Shown here in pieces: positions 54,709-63,750 of a stretch of 64,000 nucleotides of DNA. The translations under genes and the position numbers were made by a program. The stretch lies in contig NCCV01000006.1 in NCBI GenBank assembly GCA_002279825.1, forward strand, positions 63,758-127,757. Reading direction: 5' to 3'. How positions within the stretch are numbered: the first letter of the stretch is position 1; each line of letters starts with the position of its first letter. Origin of the DNA: Sphingomonadales bacterium 12-68-11. Its GTDB lineage: Bacteria; Pseudomonadota; Alphaproteobacteria; Sphingomonadales; Sphingomonadaceae. The notes below the pieces were generated by a model. It did no database searches and had not been told where the DNA came from. It saw only the letters and a program-made list of their open reading frames with translations.

Positions 54709-56718
54709 GTGATGCGGACTACGGTGAAGGTATGGGCGCTGGCGGGCGTGGCGGGGGCGGCTTTGGCCGCGGCGCCGGCGCTGGCGCAGGACAGCGCGCA
54801 GGCAGCGGTCGCGGCGGACGACGCGCCGATTATCGTGCTGTCGAATAAGCTCGAAGAATCCACGCCCGAGGAACTCGCCCGCTACGGCTCGCGGCTCGAA
54901 GTGATCGACGGCGCGCGCATCGACCAGGGCGGCTACGTCGATACCGCCAGCGCGCTCCAGTACCTCGTGCCCGGCCTGTTCCTCACGCCCAAGAGCGGCG
55001 CGTTCGACTACGTCCAGGTCTCGCTCGCCGGCTCGCGCACCAGCGAAGTGCTGTTCCTGACCGATGGCGTGCGCATCAACAACAGGCTCTATGCCTCGAC
55101 CTCGCCGCTCGATTCGATCCCGGCGAACATGATCGAGCGCATCGAAGTGCTGAAGGGCGGGCAGAGCCTGTACTACGGCACCCAGGCGGTCGGCGGCATC
55201 GTCAACGTCATCACCCGGGCCTTCACCCAGGAGACCGACGGCGCGATCGAGGCCAGCTACGACACCAACGAGGGGTACCACGTCAACGGCTACCTGCGCG
55301 GCGGCACCGGCGATCACTACTTCGTCGGCTTCGGTTCGCACGACGAGGCCGAAGGCTTCCAGGCGTTCCGCGATGCCGATCTCCAGCCGAGCGCGCTCGA
55401 TCGCAAGCGCGGCTACAAGGTCACCACCTTCGGCGGCAAATATGCGTTCGAGCCGTCCGACGCGTTCCGCCTCAGCCTCAGCTATCAGCACAACGAAGCC
55501 ATCGTCGATTTCACCAAGGCGGAGGACAACTTCCAGAACTGGAACGACCGCAACGAGGAGATCGCCTCGCTCAAGATCGACTGGTCGCCGAGCGAGAATT
55601 TCGACCTCTACGTCAAGGGCTACTACCACGACTGGGATACGGTCTATCTCGATATCCGCCCGACGGTGAACAACACCACCGGCGCGCTCGGCCCGAACTT
55701 CACCGTCTACGACGGCGAGATGTGGGGCTACGACGATCTCGGCGTCAACGTGCTCGGCGAGTACCGCCTCAATGATACCGTGGCGGTGGTCGCCGGCTAC
55801 GATTTCCAGCGCTACAGCGGCTACGACGAAGTATTCCTGATCGCGCCTTCGACCGAAAGCGTGAGCGCCCCGTTCGCGCAGCTCAAGCTCGATACCGGCA
55901 ATCTCAGCCTCGCCGCCGGCGTGCGCCACAACATGCCCAGCGACGGCCAGGATAAGACCGTCTGGAACGTCTCGGGCCGTTACGGCGCGGACCAGGGGTT
56001 CTACGGGCGCGGGCAGGTCGGTACCTCGTTCCGCCTGCCGACCGCTTACGAACTCTACGTGATCGATCCGTGCTGCGAGCAGGGCAACCCCAACCTGGTC
56101 GCCGAGCAGAGTTTCAACGTCGAAGGCGGCCTCGGCTTCGCGGGCGGCAGCGTGACCGCCGAACTGATGGGCTTCTACCGCGAAGTCGACGACCTGATCA
56201 CGATCGACTTCAGTCTGCCCGCCTATCCCGACGGGTTCCTGGTCAACTCCGCCGGGCAGGTCAAAGTGTGGGGCGGCGAGGCGGTCGTGACCGCGCGCCT
56301 GTCCGATGTATTCAGCGGCACGATCGACTGGACCCATACCGAAGCCGAGATGGCGGGCAATCCGGACCAGTTGGTCAACATCCCGCGCGACAACGCCAAG
56401 TTCATCCTCAATGCCGACGCCCCCGGCGGGCGGTTCGGCGGCAACCTGGCGGTCAACTGGGTCGGCGATCTGTGGGCCAATGTCGCGGCGGTCGGCCGGG
56501 TCAACTACGGCAACTATGCGGTGGTCAATCTCTCCGCCTATGCGTTCATCGACGCCGCACAGCGCCACCGCATCAACCTGCGGCTGGAAAACGCGCTCGA
56601 CGCCGATTACGACAGCCAGGTCACGCGCGTGCGCACCGACATCGGCAGCGTGTCCTACGCCACCGGCTTCCGCGGTACTCCGATCACGCTCCATGTCGGC
56701 TACCGTCTCGCGCTCTGA
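54709..56718 (+). CDS. TonB-dependent receptor (~669 aa, siderophore/cobalamin-size class)
   Basis: Signal peptide, plug (DGVRINNRLY...IERIEVLKGGQSLYYGTQAVGGIVNVITR), 22-strand-size barrel. Confidence 0.9.
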   Translation: MMRTTVKVWALAGVAGAALAAAPALAQDSAQAAVAADDAPIIVLSNKLEESTPEELARYGSRLEVIDGARIDQGGYVDTASALQYLVPGLFLTPKSGAFDYVQVSLAGSRTSEVLFLTDGVRINNRLYASTSPLDSIPANMIERIEVLKGGQSLYYGTQAVGGIVNVITRAFTQETDGAIEASYDTNEGYHVNGYLRGGTGDHYFVGFGSHDEAEGFQAFRDADLQPSALDRKRGYKVTTFGGKYAFEPSDAFRLSLSYQHNEAIVDFTKAEDNFQNWNDRNEEIASLKIDWSPSENFDLYVKGYYHDWDTVYLDIRPTVNNTTGALGPNFTVYDGEMWGYDDLGVNVLGEYRLNDTVAVVAGYDFQRYSGYDEVFLIAPSTESVSAPFAQLKLDTGNLSLAAGVRHNMPSDGQDKTVWNVSGRYGADQGFYGRGQVGTSFRLPTAYELYVIDPCCEQGNPNLVAEQSFNVEGGLGFAGGSVTAELMGFYREVDDLITIDFSLPAYPDGFLVNSAGQVKVWGGEAVVTARLSDVFSGTIDWTHTEAEMAGNPDQLVNIPRDNAKFILNADAPGGRFGGNLAVNWVGDLWANVAAVGRVNYGNYAVVNLSAYAFIDAAQRHRINLRLENALDADYDSQVTRVRTDIGSVSYATGFRGTPITLHVGYRLAL

Positions 56719-58252
56719 TCTCCCCGAGAAGTCTGGCGGCGGCCTCTCTCCGCCCCAGCCTTTTCAGGGGCGCGCCGCGCCCAAGGGCTTCTCCCGCGCC
56801 AGGCGGGCGGGGCGCTGGGCGCGGCGTACCACGTTCCTTGTCCACCGTTGGCTCGGCATCGTGCTCGCGCTGCTGATGGCGGTGTGGGCGGTCAGCGGCA
56901 TCACCATGATGTACGTCGCGTTCCCCGAGACGACGCGGGAGGAGCGGCTCGCCGGGCTTGCCCCGCTCGATCTCACCGGCTGCTGCGAGCGCGCGCTGCT
57001 GCCGCCCGCCCCGATCGAGGCGGCCAGCGTCGAAATGCTGCTCGGCCGCCCGGTGCTGCGCTGGCGCGGGCCCGACGGGGCCGGGCTGGCCAGCCTCGAC
57101 GGCGCCGCGCTGCCTGCGATCGACGCCGCCGCCGCCGGCCGGATCGCGGCCGCGCACATGCGCGCGGCCACCGGCGGCGCGGCGCCCGCCGTGACGGTCG
57201 CCGAGATCGACCGCGATCAGTGGACCGTTTACGGCCGCTTCCGCCAGTACGCGCCGCTCTACAAGGCCAGCTACGCCGACACGCCCGGGACCGTGCTCTA
57301 CGTCGCGGGCCTGACCGGCGAGGTGGTGCAGGACACGAGCTCGCACGAGCGGTTCTGGAACTGGCTCGGCGCGGTGCCGCACTGGCTCTACTTCACCGCG
57401 CTGCGCGAGATTCAGCCGCTGTGGTACAATCTGGTCGTCTATGCCTCGGCGCTGGGCGTGTTCCTAACGGTCACCGGCATCTACATCGGCCTGGTCACGT
57501 ACCGGCGCCGCGACAAGCGCTGGTCGCCCTACAAAGGCCTTGCCCTGTGGCACCACTGGACCGGGCTCGCGTTCGGCCTGTTCACGCTCACTTGGGTATT
57601 CAGCGGCCTGGTCTCGATGAACCCGTGGGGTTGGTTCGAAAGCCAGGGCCCGGGCGAGGCGGTCCCCAATTTGGCCGGCCGCCCGCTCGAGCCCGCCGAC
57701 GTCGAGACGCTCTACCGCGCGCTCGCGGCCACTCCGCAGGCGGGCGTGGTCTCGGCCACCGTGACCGTGCAGGAGGGCCGCGCTTACGCGATCCTGACCG
57801 CGCGCGACGGGAGCAAGCGGCGCGCCGCGCTTCCCACGCTGGCGCCCGCGCCGGCCACGGCTGCGGAACTCGCGAGCAAGGCGCGCCTGGCCAAGCCGAC
57901 CACCCCGATAGCCTCCGCCGCGCTGATCGCCGCGCCCGATGCCTACCACTACGGCCACAAGGGCACCGAACCCGTTCTGCCTGCCTATCGCGTGATCTAC
58001 GGCGATGACGAAGCCACCCGGCTCTACTTCGACGCGCGCACCGGCGAACTCGTCAACTTCGTCGATTCCGCCACCCGCGGCTTCCGCTGGTGGCACCTCG
58101 GCCTCCACCGGCTCGACTTCCCGGTGCTGCGCGAACGGCCGGTATGGGACGCGGTCATGCTCCCGCTGTTGGTCGGCGTTTCGCTGCTCTGCGCGATCGG
58201 CGCTTGGATGGGCGTGCGCCGCCTGCGCAAGATGGCGCGCAAGACGAATTAG
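56693..58252 (+). CDS. PepSY-associated TM helix domain protein (PiuB-like iron-regulated membrane protein)
   Basis: FLVHRWLGIVLALLMAVWAVSGITMMY and a repeat of HHWTGLAFGLFTLTWVFSGL. C-terminal WWHLGLHRLDF. The only ATG in frame (56693) overlaps the TBDR end by 26 nt. Confidence 0.8.
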   Translation: MSATVSRSDLPEKSGGGLSPPQPFQGRAAPKGFSRARRAGRWARRTTFLVHRWLGIVLALLMAVWAVSGITMMYVAFPETTREERLAGLAPLDLTGCCERALLPPAPIEAASVEMLLGRPVLRWRGPDGAGLASLDGAALPAIDAAAAGRIAAAHMRAATGGAAPAVTVAEIDRDQWTVYGRFRQYAPLYKASYADTPGTVLYVAGLTGEVVQDTSSHERFWNWLGAVPHWLYFTALREIQPLWYNLVVYASALGVFLTVTGIYIGLVTYRRRDKRWSPYKGLALWHHWTGLAFGLFTLTWVFSGLVSMNPWGWFESQGPGEAVPNLAGRPLEPADVETLYRALAATPQAGVVSATVTVQEGRAYAILTARDGSKRRAALPTLAPAPATAAELASKARLAKPTTPIASAALIAAPDAYHYGHKGTEPVLPAYRVIYGDDEATRLYFDARTGELVNFVDSATRGFRWWHLGLHRLDFPVLRERPVWDAVMLPLLVGVSLLCAIGAWMGVRRLRKMARKTN

Positions 58253-58266
58253 GGGGCAACCCCATC

Positions 58267-58330
58267 CCGCTCGTGTCGAGCGAAGTCGAGACACCTCGCA
58301 CGGCCTCTCGACTTCGCTCGAGGCGAACGG
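58267..58330. repeat. REP/MITE-like palindromic element, copy 5 of 5 (most diverged)
   Basis: CCGCTCGTGTCGAGCGAAGTCGAGACAC-loop-CTCTCGACTTCGCTCGAGGCGAACGG, between convergent stops at 58252 and 58357. Confidence 0.8.
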
Positions 58331-58356
58331 TCAAATTTTTGATCAGTAGAGCAACG

Positions 58357-59874
58357 CTACGCCGGCCGGATCATGAACACACTGCCGCCGATCGTCACGA
58401 TGAACAGGTTGCCCGCCTGGTCCTCGCCGAAGCTGGTCACGTTGCTCAGCGTCCCGGCATTCGGCGTGAACGCGGCATTGCGGTTGGTGAAGGCCGCGCT
58501 GGTCGCGGTCGAACCGGCCGGGAGGCTGGAGACCGGCACCGTCCACACATTGTTGCTGACGAAGTCCGCGAAAACGTAGAGCCCTTGCAGGCCTTCCGCC
58601 GGGCCGCGGTAAACGTAGCCGCCGGTGATCGAATTGCCCTGCAACGGGCCACTGCCGTGGGCATATTCGGCGACCGGCATTGTCAGCCCGGCGGGGCCGG
58701 CGCCGAGCCGCGGGGTGGTGCCTTCGTAGCGCGGCCAGCCCATGTTGAGCCCGGTCTGCGCGGTCTGGACGCGGTTGATCTCCTCGATCGCGCCTTCGCC
58801 GATATCGGCGATCCACAGCTCGCCGGTCGCCCGGTCGAAGCTGTTGCGGAACGGGTTGCGCAGGCCATAGAGCCACACCTCGGGCGCGCCGCCTGCGGTG
58901 GCGAAGGGATTGGCCGCCGGGATCCCGTAGTCGCGGTCGAGGTCGGCCGGGAAGTCGTCGCGCGCCACGTCGATCCGCAGCATCTTGCCGAGCAGGGTGC
59001 TCGTGTTCTGGCCGTTGCCGTCGGGGTCGCCCCCGCCGCCGCCGTCGCCGGTCGCCACGTAGAGCAGCCCGTCGCGCCCGAAGCCGAGCCAGCCGCCATT
59101 GTGATTGCTGCGCGGGTGATCGATGCGCAGCAGCCGGTCGCCGGTCGCCGCGTTGAGCGACAGCCGGTCGGCGTTCGCGGTGTAGCGCCGTACTTCGATT
59201 GCGCCGTCGAGCGCGGTCAGGAACACGTAGGCCCGGCCGCTGGTCGCATAGTCGGGTGCCAGTGCCACCGACAGCAACCCGCGCTCGCCGTCGGTCGAGA
59301 CCTGCCCGGCGATATCGAGGAACGGGGTCGTCGCGATTGCGCCGCTGGCCGGATCGAGCAGGCGAATGCGCCCGCCGCGCTCGACCACCAGCACCCGGCC
59401 GCTGGCGTCGGGGAGCGCGGTCAGGAACACCGGCTGGGCGAACCCGGTGCCCACCCGCTGCAGCGTGAAGCCGGTCCCCGCCACGTTGGTGACGGTGATC
59501 TGGAACGCCTGCGTCGCGCTCGCCTCGCCGTCGCTGACCGACAGCGTCACGTCATAGACGTTGTTGCCGCCGGCATCGGCCGGGTTCTCGAAATCGGGCG
59601 GGGTGCGGAAGGAGAGCGCGCCGGCGGCGGTGATCTGGAGCAGGGCCGCGTCGGCCCCGCCCGCAATCGTGAAAGTCAGCGGGTCGCCGTCGGCGTCGGT
59701 CGCGGCGGCGGTGTGGATCGTCCCGGCCGCGTTCTCCGTTACCGTCACCGCGCCGCCGGACGTGAAGCTGGGCGCCGTGTTAGGCGGCCCGCCGCCGCCG
59801 TCGTCGCCGCCGCAACCCGCCAGCAGCAACAGCGTGCCGGCCAGCGCCGGCGTCGTCCAGGTTGTCCGTGTCAT
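58357..59874 (-). CDS. PQQ-dependent sugar (glucose/sorbosone) dehydrogenase family lipoprotein with N-terminal cadherin-like domain
   Basis: Lipobox LLLLAGCGG. TATDADGDPLTFTIAGGADAALLQI...NVYDVTLSVSDGE (cadherin-like). Then a beta-propeller with HNGGWLGFGRDGLLYV and GLRNPFRNSFD. Confidence 0.8.
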   Translation of the reverse strand: MTRTTWTTPALAGTLLLLAGCGGDDGGGGPPNTAPSFTSGGAVTVTENAAGTIHTAAATDADGDPLTFTIAGGADAALLQITAAGALSFRTPPDFENPADAGGNNVYDVTLSVSDGEASATQAFQITVTNVAGTGFTLQRVGTGFAQPVFLTALPDASGRVLVVERGGRIRLLDPASGAIATTPFLDIAGQVSTDGERGLLSVALAPDYATSGRAYVFLTALDGAIEVRRYTANADRLSLNAATGDRLLRIDHPRSNHNGGWLGFGRDGLLYVATGDGGGGGDPDGNGQNTSTLLGKMLRIDVARDDFPADLDRDYGIPAANPFATAGGAPEVWLYGLRNPFRNSFDRATGELWIADIGEGAIEEINRVQTAQTGLNMGWPRYEGTTPRLGAGPAGLTMPVAEYAHGSGPLQGNSITGGYVYRGPAEGLQGLYVFADFVSNNVWTVPVSSLPAGSTATSAAFTNRNAAFTPNAGTLSNVTSFGEDQAGNLFIVTIGGSVFMIRPA

Positions 59875-60050
59875 GTTCGCTCCGCTTTTGCCGGCAAACG
59901 AGCCTCGGAGCGTTCCGATCCCCGCCGCCGGACCGATCGCCCGCCCGCGCCCAGCGGTATCCGCCCGATTGGTTACCAGCGGGTTGCCGGGAATGGGTAG
60001 CGCGGGACGGTTTAGCGAAACTTTGCCCCGTTTAAGCGCATCTCGTTTGC

Positions 60051-60073
60051 CTTCTCAACCGATTGAGTTGAGA
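60051..60073. promoter_or_regulatory. 8-bp-arm inverted repeat TTCTCAAC-N7-GTTGAGAA
   Basis: Perfect arms in the 500-bp intergenic region between the PQQ-dehydrogenase and amidotransferase genes. Candidate operator or hairpin. Confidence 0.35.
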
Positions 60074-60205
60074 AAAGGGTGTCGGTGCGGTCTCGCCGCT
60101 CCGGCCGCGGCTCTTGATGATGACAGCTTGCTCCGCGTGACCAACCGCTAAAGCGCACGAACCCAAGCGTCCACGCCGGCTCGTGTACCCACTTGGAGAT
60201 GACCG

Positions 60206-60355
60206 ATGACCCATTCCCCGCGCAGTTCCCGCCGTTTCGAACCGCGTCGCACCGTTCCGCCGGTGCCGCACTCCTCGTGGAACGTCGAGCCGGCACCCGC
60301 CGGTCCGCCGCGTCCGTTCTCGGCAGGAGAGTTCTGGCGCGCGGTCGGGATTTAG
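60206..60355 (+). CDS. candidate 49-codon sORF (MTHSPRSSRRFEPRRTVPPVPHSSWNVEPAPAGPPRPFSAGEFWRAVGI)
   Basis: ATG preceded by GGAG at -8. Third-position G+C is moderately high. Ends 18 nt before the amidotransferase ATG. Not in the ORF track (under 60 aa). Confidence 0.25.
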   Translation: MTHSPRSSRRFEPRRTVPPVPHSSWNVEPAPAGPPRPFSAGEFWRAVGI

Positions 60356-60373
60356 GGAACAATCCGCCTGCCC

Positions 60374-61072
60374 ATGAAGTCCGCGCTGATCATCCGTCAC
60401 GTTCCGGTCGAAGGCATCGCCGGTTACCGCGCGCCGATCGAGGCCGCCGGTTATGACCTCGACCGGATCGACGTCGCGGATCCGGCCTTCGGTTCGATCG
60501 ATCTGGCTGAGCCCGATCTGCTGATCATGATGGGCGGGCCGATGGCAGTTTACGAGGCCGACCGCTACCCGTGGATCGCCTGCCAGCAGCGGCGCCTGGC
60601 GCATCGGCTGGCGGCGGACCGGCCGACGCTCGGCGTCTGCTTCGGCGCGCAGTTGGTGGCTTCGGCGCTCGGGGCCGAGGTGTTTCCCGGCCCGGCCAAA
60701 GAGGTCGGCTTCCACCCCCTGACGATTGCCGAGACCCCCGCCGCCGAGCCGCTGCGGCACCTTGCCGAGCTGCCGGTGCTGCACTGGCACGGCGACACCT
60801 TCACGCTGCCCGACGGCGCCGAGCGGCTCGCCTCCAGCGCGCTCTATCCCAACCAGGCGTTCCGCGTCGGCCCGAACATTCTCGGCCTGCAGTTCCACGC
60901 CGAAATGGGCCTCGACGAGCGCTTCGAGGAATGGGTCGAGCAATGGCCGCACGACATCGCCGCCGCCGGCACGACCGCCGAGCAGTTACGCGCCGATCAT
61001 GCGCGGCACGGACCCGCCGTGGTTTCCGCCGGCCGCGCCATGATCGCCGAATGGCTCGGCGAACTCACTTAG
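60374..61072 (+). CDS. class I glutamine amidotransferase-like protein
   Basis: 232 aa. Nucleophile elbow LGVCFGAQL and the HWHGDTF / FHAE region are typical of GATase1 (GuaA-N-like). Confidence 0.8.
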   Translation: MKSALIIRHVPVEGIAGYRAPIEAAGYDLDRIDVADPAFGSIDLAEPDLLIMMGGPMAVYEADRYPWIACQQRRLAHRLAADRPTLGVCFGAQLVASALGAEVFPGPAKEVGFHPLTIAETPAAEPLRHLAELPVLHWHGDTFTLPDGAERLASSALYPNQAFRVGPNILGLQFHAEMGLDERFEEWVEQWPHDIAAAGTTAEQLRADHARHGPAVVSAGRAMIAEWLGELT

Positions 61073-61075
61073 CGC

Positions 61076-62845
61076 TCAGACCGGCCAGACCAGCGCGATC
61101 AGCGGCACGCCCATCGCCACCACCAGCAGCGACAGCGGTAGCCCCAGCCGCCAGTAGTCGCCGAAGCGATAGCCGCCCGGGCCCATCACCAGCGTGTTGC
61201 ACTGGTGCCCGATGGGGGTCAGGAAATCGCACGCCGCACCCACCGCCACCGCCATCAGGAAGGCATCGGGCCGATAGCCGAGCTGGGTGGCGAAGCCGGC
61301 CGCGATCGGGGCCATGACCAGCACCGTCGCGGCGTTGTTGAGGAACGGGGTCAGCGCCATCGCCGCCACCAAGATCAGCGCCACCGCGCCGAGCGGCGAG
61401 AGCCCGCTGGCGAGCTGCGACAGCCCCTCGGCGATCAGTTCGGTGCCGCCGGTCTGCTGTATTGCCCCGCTGACGGGGATCAGCGCCGCCAGCATGACCA
61501 GGATCGGCCAATCGACCGCCGCATAGGCCTCGCGCAGCGGCAGCGCGCCGATCATCACCGTCGCCGCCGCCGCGCCGAAGAACGCGATCGGCACCGACAC
61601 CAGCCCCAGCGCGGTCAGCACCATCGCCACCGCCAGGATCGCCAGCGGCAGGATCGAGCGGGTGAGATTGCCAAGCCGCACTTCGCGCTCGGCCAGGGGC
61701 AGGCAACCGAGTTCCTGCAACTTGCCGGGAAGTTGCGAGAGGACCCCTTGCAGCACGATGACGTCGCCGGCGCGCAGGTTAATGCCGCGCAGCCGCTCGG
61801 TGAAGCGCACCCCGCTGCGCCCGACCGCGAGCAGGTTGATATCGTGCCGGCGGTGGAGCGCGAGCCGCCCGGCTGCCTCGCCGATCAGGATCGAACCGTG
61901 CGCGACGACGGCCTCGATGACCCCGATCTCCTCGCCCGGGCCGGCCCCGGCGAAGATGCGGTCCTGCCCTTCCAGCTCGAGCGCGGCCTTGGCTATCGTG
62001 CGTTCGAGCGCATCGGGCGCGCCTTGCAGCAGCACGATGTCGCCGCCGCGCAGCACGGTGTCGCAGCTTGCCTCGTGATCCTCCCCGGCGCGCAGCACCG
62101 CCGCGACCGAGACCCCTTCGGCGGCGTCGCCGAGATCGGCGATCGACTTGCCTTCGGCGGGGGAACCCGGCGGCACCCGCGCTTCGGTCAGATAGGCCTG
62201 CGCGTCGAGCGCTTCGCCAAGCCCCGCCGCCGGGGTCTGCCCCGAAGGCAGCAGGCGGTAGCCGAACGCAAGGAACGCCAACCCCGCCGCAGTCAGCGCG
62301 GCGCCGACCGGCAGGTAGTCGAACATCGCGAACGGTTCGCCGGTCAGGTCTTCGCGCACGCCCGCCACGATGACGTTAGGCGATGTGCCGACCAGCGTCA
62401 TCAGCCCGCCGAGCAGCGAGGCGAACGCCATCGGCATCAGATAGCGCGAGATCGGCGTGCCCGAGCGGCGCGCCATCTGGAACGCGATCGGCATCATGAT
62501 CGCCAGCGCGCCGATGTTCTTGACGAACGCACTCATCAGCGCGACCGCGCCGATCAGCACCAGCAGTTGCGACCGGAAGCCGGTCAGCCACGGCGCCACC
62601 CGGCCCACCGCGCGCTCGATCACGCCCGAACGGGCCACCGCCGCGCTCACCACCAGCGCGCTCCCGACGATCACCACGATATCGTTGGCGAAGCCGCTGA
62701 ACGCCTCCTCGCTCGGCACCACGCCGACCAGCACCGCGGCGAGCAAACCCGTCACCGCGACAAGGTCGTATCGCCAGCGCCCCCACACGAACAACGCCAT
62801 CGTGCCGGCCAGCACCGCGAAACTGAGACCCTGTTGAACGGTCAC
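61076..62845 (-). CDS. SLC13/DASS family permease with two central TrkA-C domains
   Basis: About 590 aa. Polytopic halves flank two RCK-C-like segments (EARVPPGSPAEGKSIADL..., VVAHGSILIGEAAGRLAL...). Start re-picked at GTG 62845, after AGAGGGG. Confidence 0.82.
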   Translation of the reverse strand: MTVQQGLSFAVLAGTMALFVWGRWRYDLVAVTGLLAAVLVGVVPSEEAFSGFANDIVVIVGSALVVSAAVARSGVIERAVGRVAPWLTGFRSQLLVLIGAVALMSAFVKNIGALAIMMPIAFQMARRSGTPISRYLMPMAFASLLGGLMTLVGTSPNVIVAGVREDLTGEPFAMFDYLPVGAALTAAGLAFLAFGYRLLPSGQTPAAGLGEALDAQAYLTEARVPPGSPAEGKSIADLGDAAEGVSVAAVLRAGEDHEASCDTVLRGGDIVLLQGAPDALERTIAKAALELEGQDRIFAGAGPGEEIGVIEAVVAHGSILIGEAAGRLALHRRHDINLLAVGRSGVRFTERLRGINLRAGDVIVLQGVLSQLPGKLQELGCLPLAEREVRLGNLTRSILPLAILAVAMVLTALGLVSVPIAFFGAAAATVMIGALPLREAYAAVDWPILVMLAALIPVSGAIQQTGGTELIAEGLSQLASGLSPLGAVALILVAAMALTPFLNNAATVLVMAPIAAGFATQLGYRPDAFLMAVAVGAACDFLTPIGHQCNTLVMGPGGYRFGDYWRLGLPLSLLVVAMGVPLIALVWPV

Positions 62846-62939
62846 CAAGCGCGCCCCTCTCGGAACGTGCAAACTCGCGGCCGGCGCGATGGCTCCCGCA
62901 TTGCCAAAGGTTGCGCTGTGGCCCTACACGCACCCGGCC

Positions 62940-63737
62940 ATGAAGCGCACGCACCTGCCGCTCAACGCCCTGCGCGTATTCGATGCCGCCGCGCGGCACC
63001 TGTCGTTCACGCGCGCGGCGGACGAGCTGGCGGTCACCCCCGCCGCGGTCGGCCAGCAGATCCGCGCGCTCGAGGACGTGCTCGGGGTGGTGCTGTTCCG
63101 CCGCACCAGCAAGGGCCTCGAACTGACCGACGAGGCGCTCGCCGGGCTCGATCCGCTGCGCGAAGGCTTTCTCCATTTCGAGGAAGCGGTCCAGGCGATG
63201 CAGGCCGGCCAGTCGAGCCACAGCTACGCGATCGCGGTCCCGCGCGAATTCTACGCGCAGTGGCTCGCCCCGCGGCTCGCCGCGTTTCGCGCCGCCAATC
63301 CCGAGATCCGCGTCTCGCTGATCGCCGACGAGGACGCCGATTTCACCGAAGCCAATCTCGACCTCGCGGTGCGCTGGGTCGAAGGACCGGGCGATCTCGA
63401 AGGCGTCGAGCTGGCTCCGGGTCCCAAGGTCACGGTCGCCGCGCCTCAGGCTCCCGAGGGCTGGATCGGCTGGCCGGGTTTCGCGCTGCCCGAGGGCGCA
63501 GAGGCAGTGCTCCAGGTCGGCAACGCCGGACAGGCGCTGTCGAGCGCGCTTGCCGGGCTGGGGAGAGCGCTGATGCCGCTGCCGCTGGTCGCCGAAGCGC
63601 TTGCCGAAGGCCGCCTGGTCGCGCTGGGCGAGCCCGAGGAATGCCGCCGCGGCTACTGGCTGCTGGCCCCGCGTCCGCAATGGCGCCAGAAGAAGGTTCG
63701 CGCGCTGGTCGCCCATCTGACCGGCGCGGGCTCTTAG
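62940..63737 (+). CDS. LysR family transcriptional regulator (GcvA-like)
   Basis: MKRTHLPLNALRVFDAAARHLSFTRAADELAVTPAAVGQQIRALEDVLG. Divergent from the SLC13 permease. Confidence 0.88.
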   Translation: MKRTHLPLNALRVFDAAARHLSFTRAADELAVTPAAVGQQIRALEDVLGVVLFRRTSKGLELTDEALAGLDPLREGFLHFEEAVQAMQAGQSSHSYAIAVPREFYAQWLAPRLAAFRAANPEIRVSLIADEDADFTEANLDLAVRWVEGPGDLEGVELAPGPKVTVAAPQAPEGWIGWPGFALPEGAEAVLQVGNAGQALSSALAGLGRALMPLPLVAEALAEGRLVALGEPEECRRGYWLLAPRPQWRQKKVRALVAHLTGAGS

Positions 63738-63750
63738 GGGGATGATTCGT

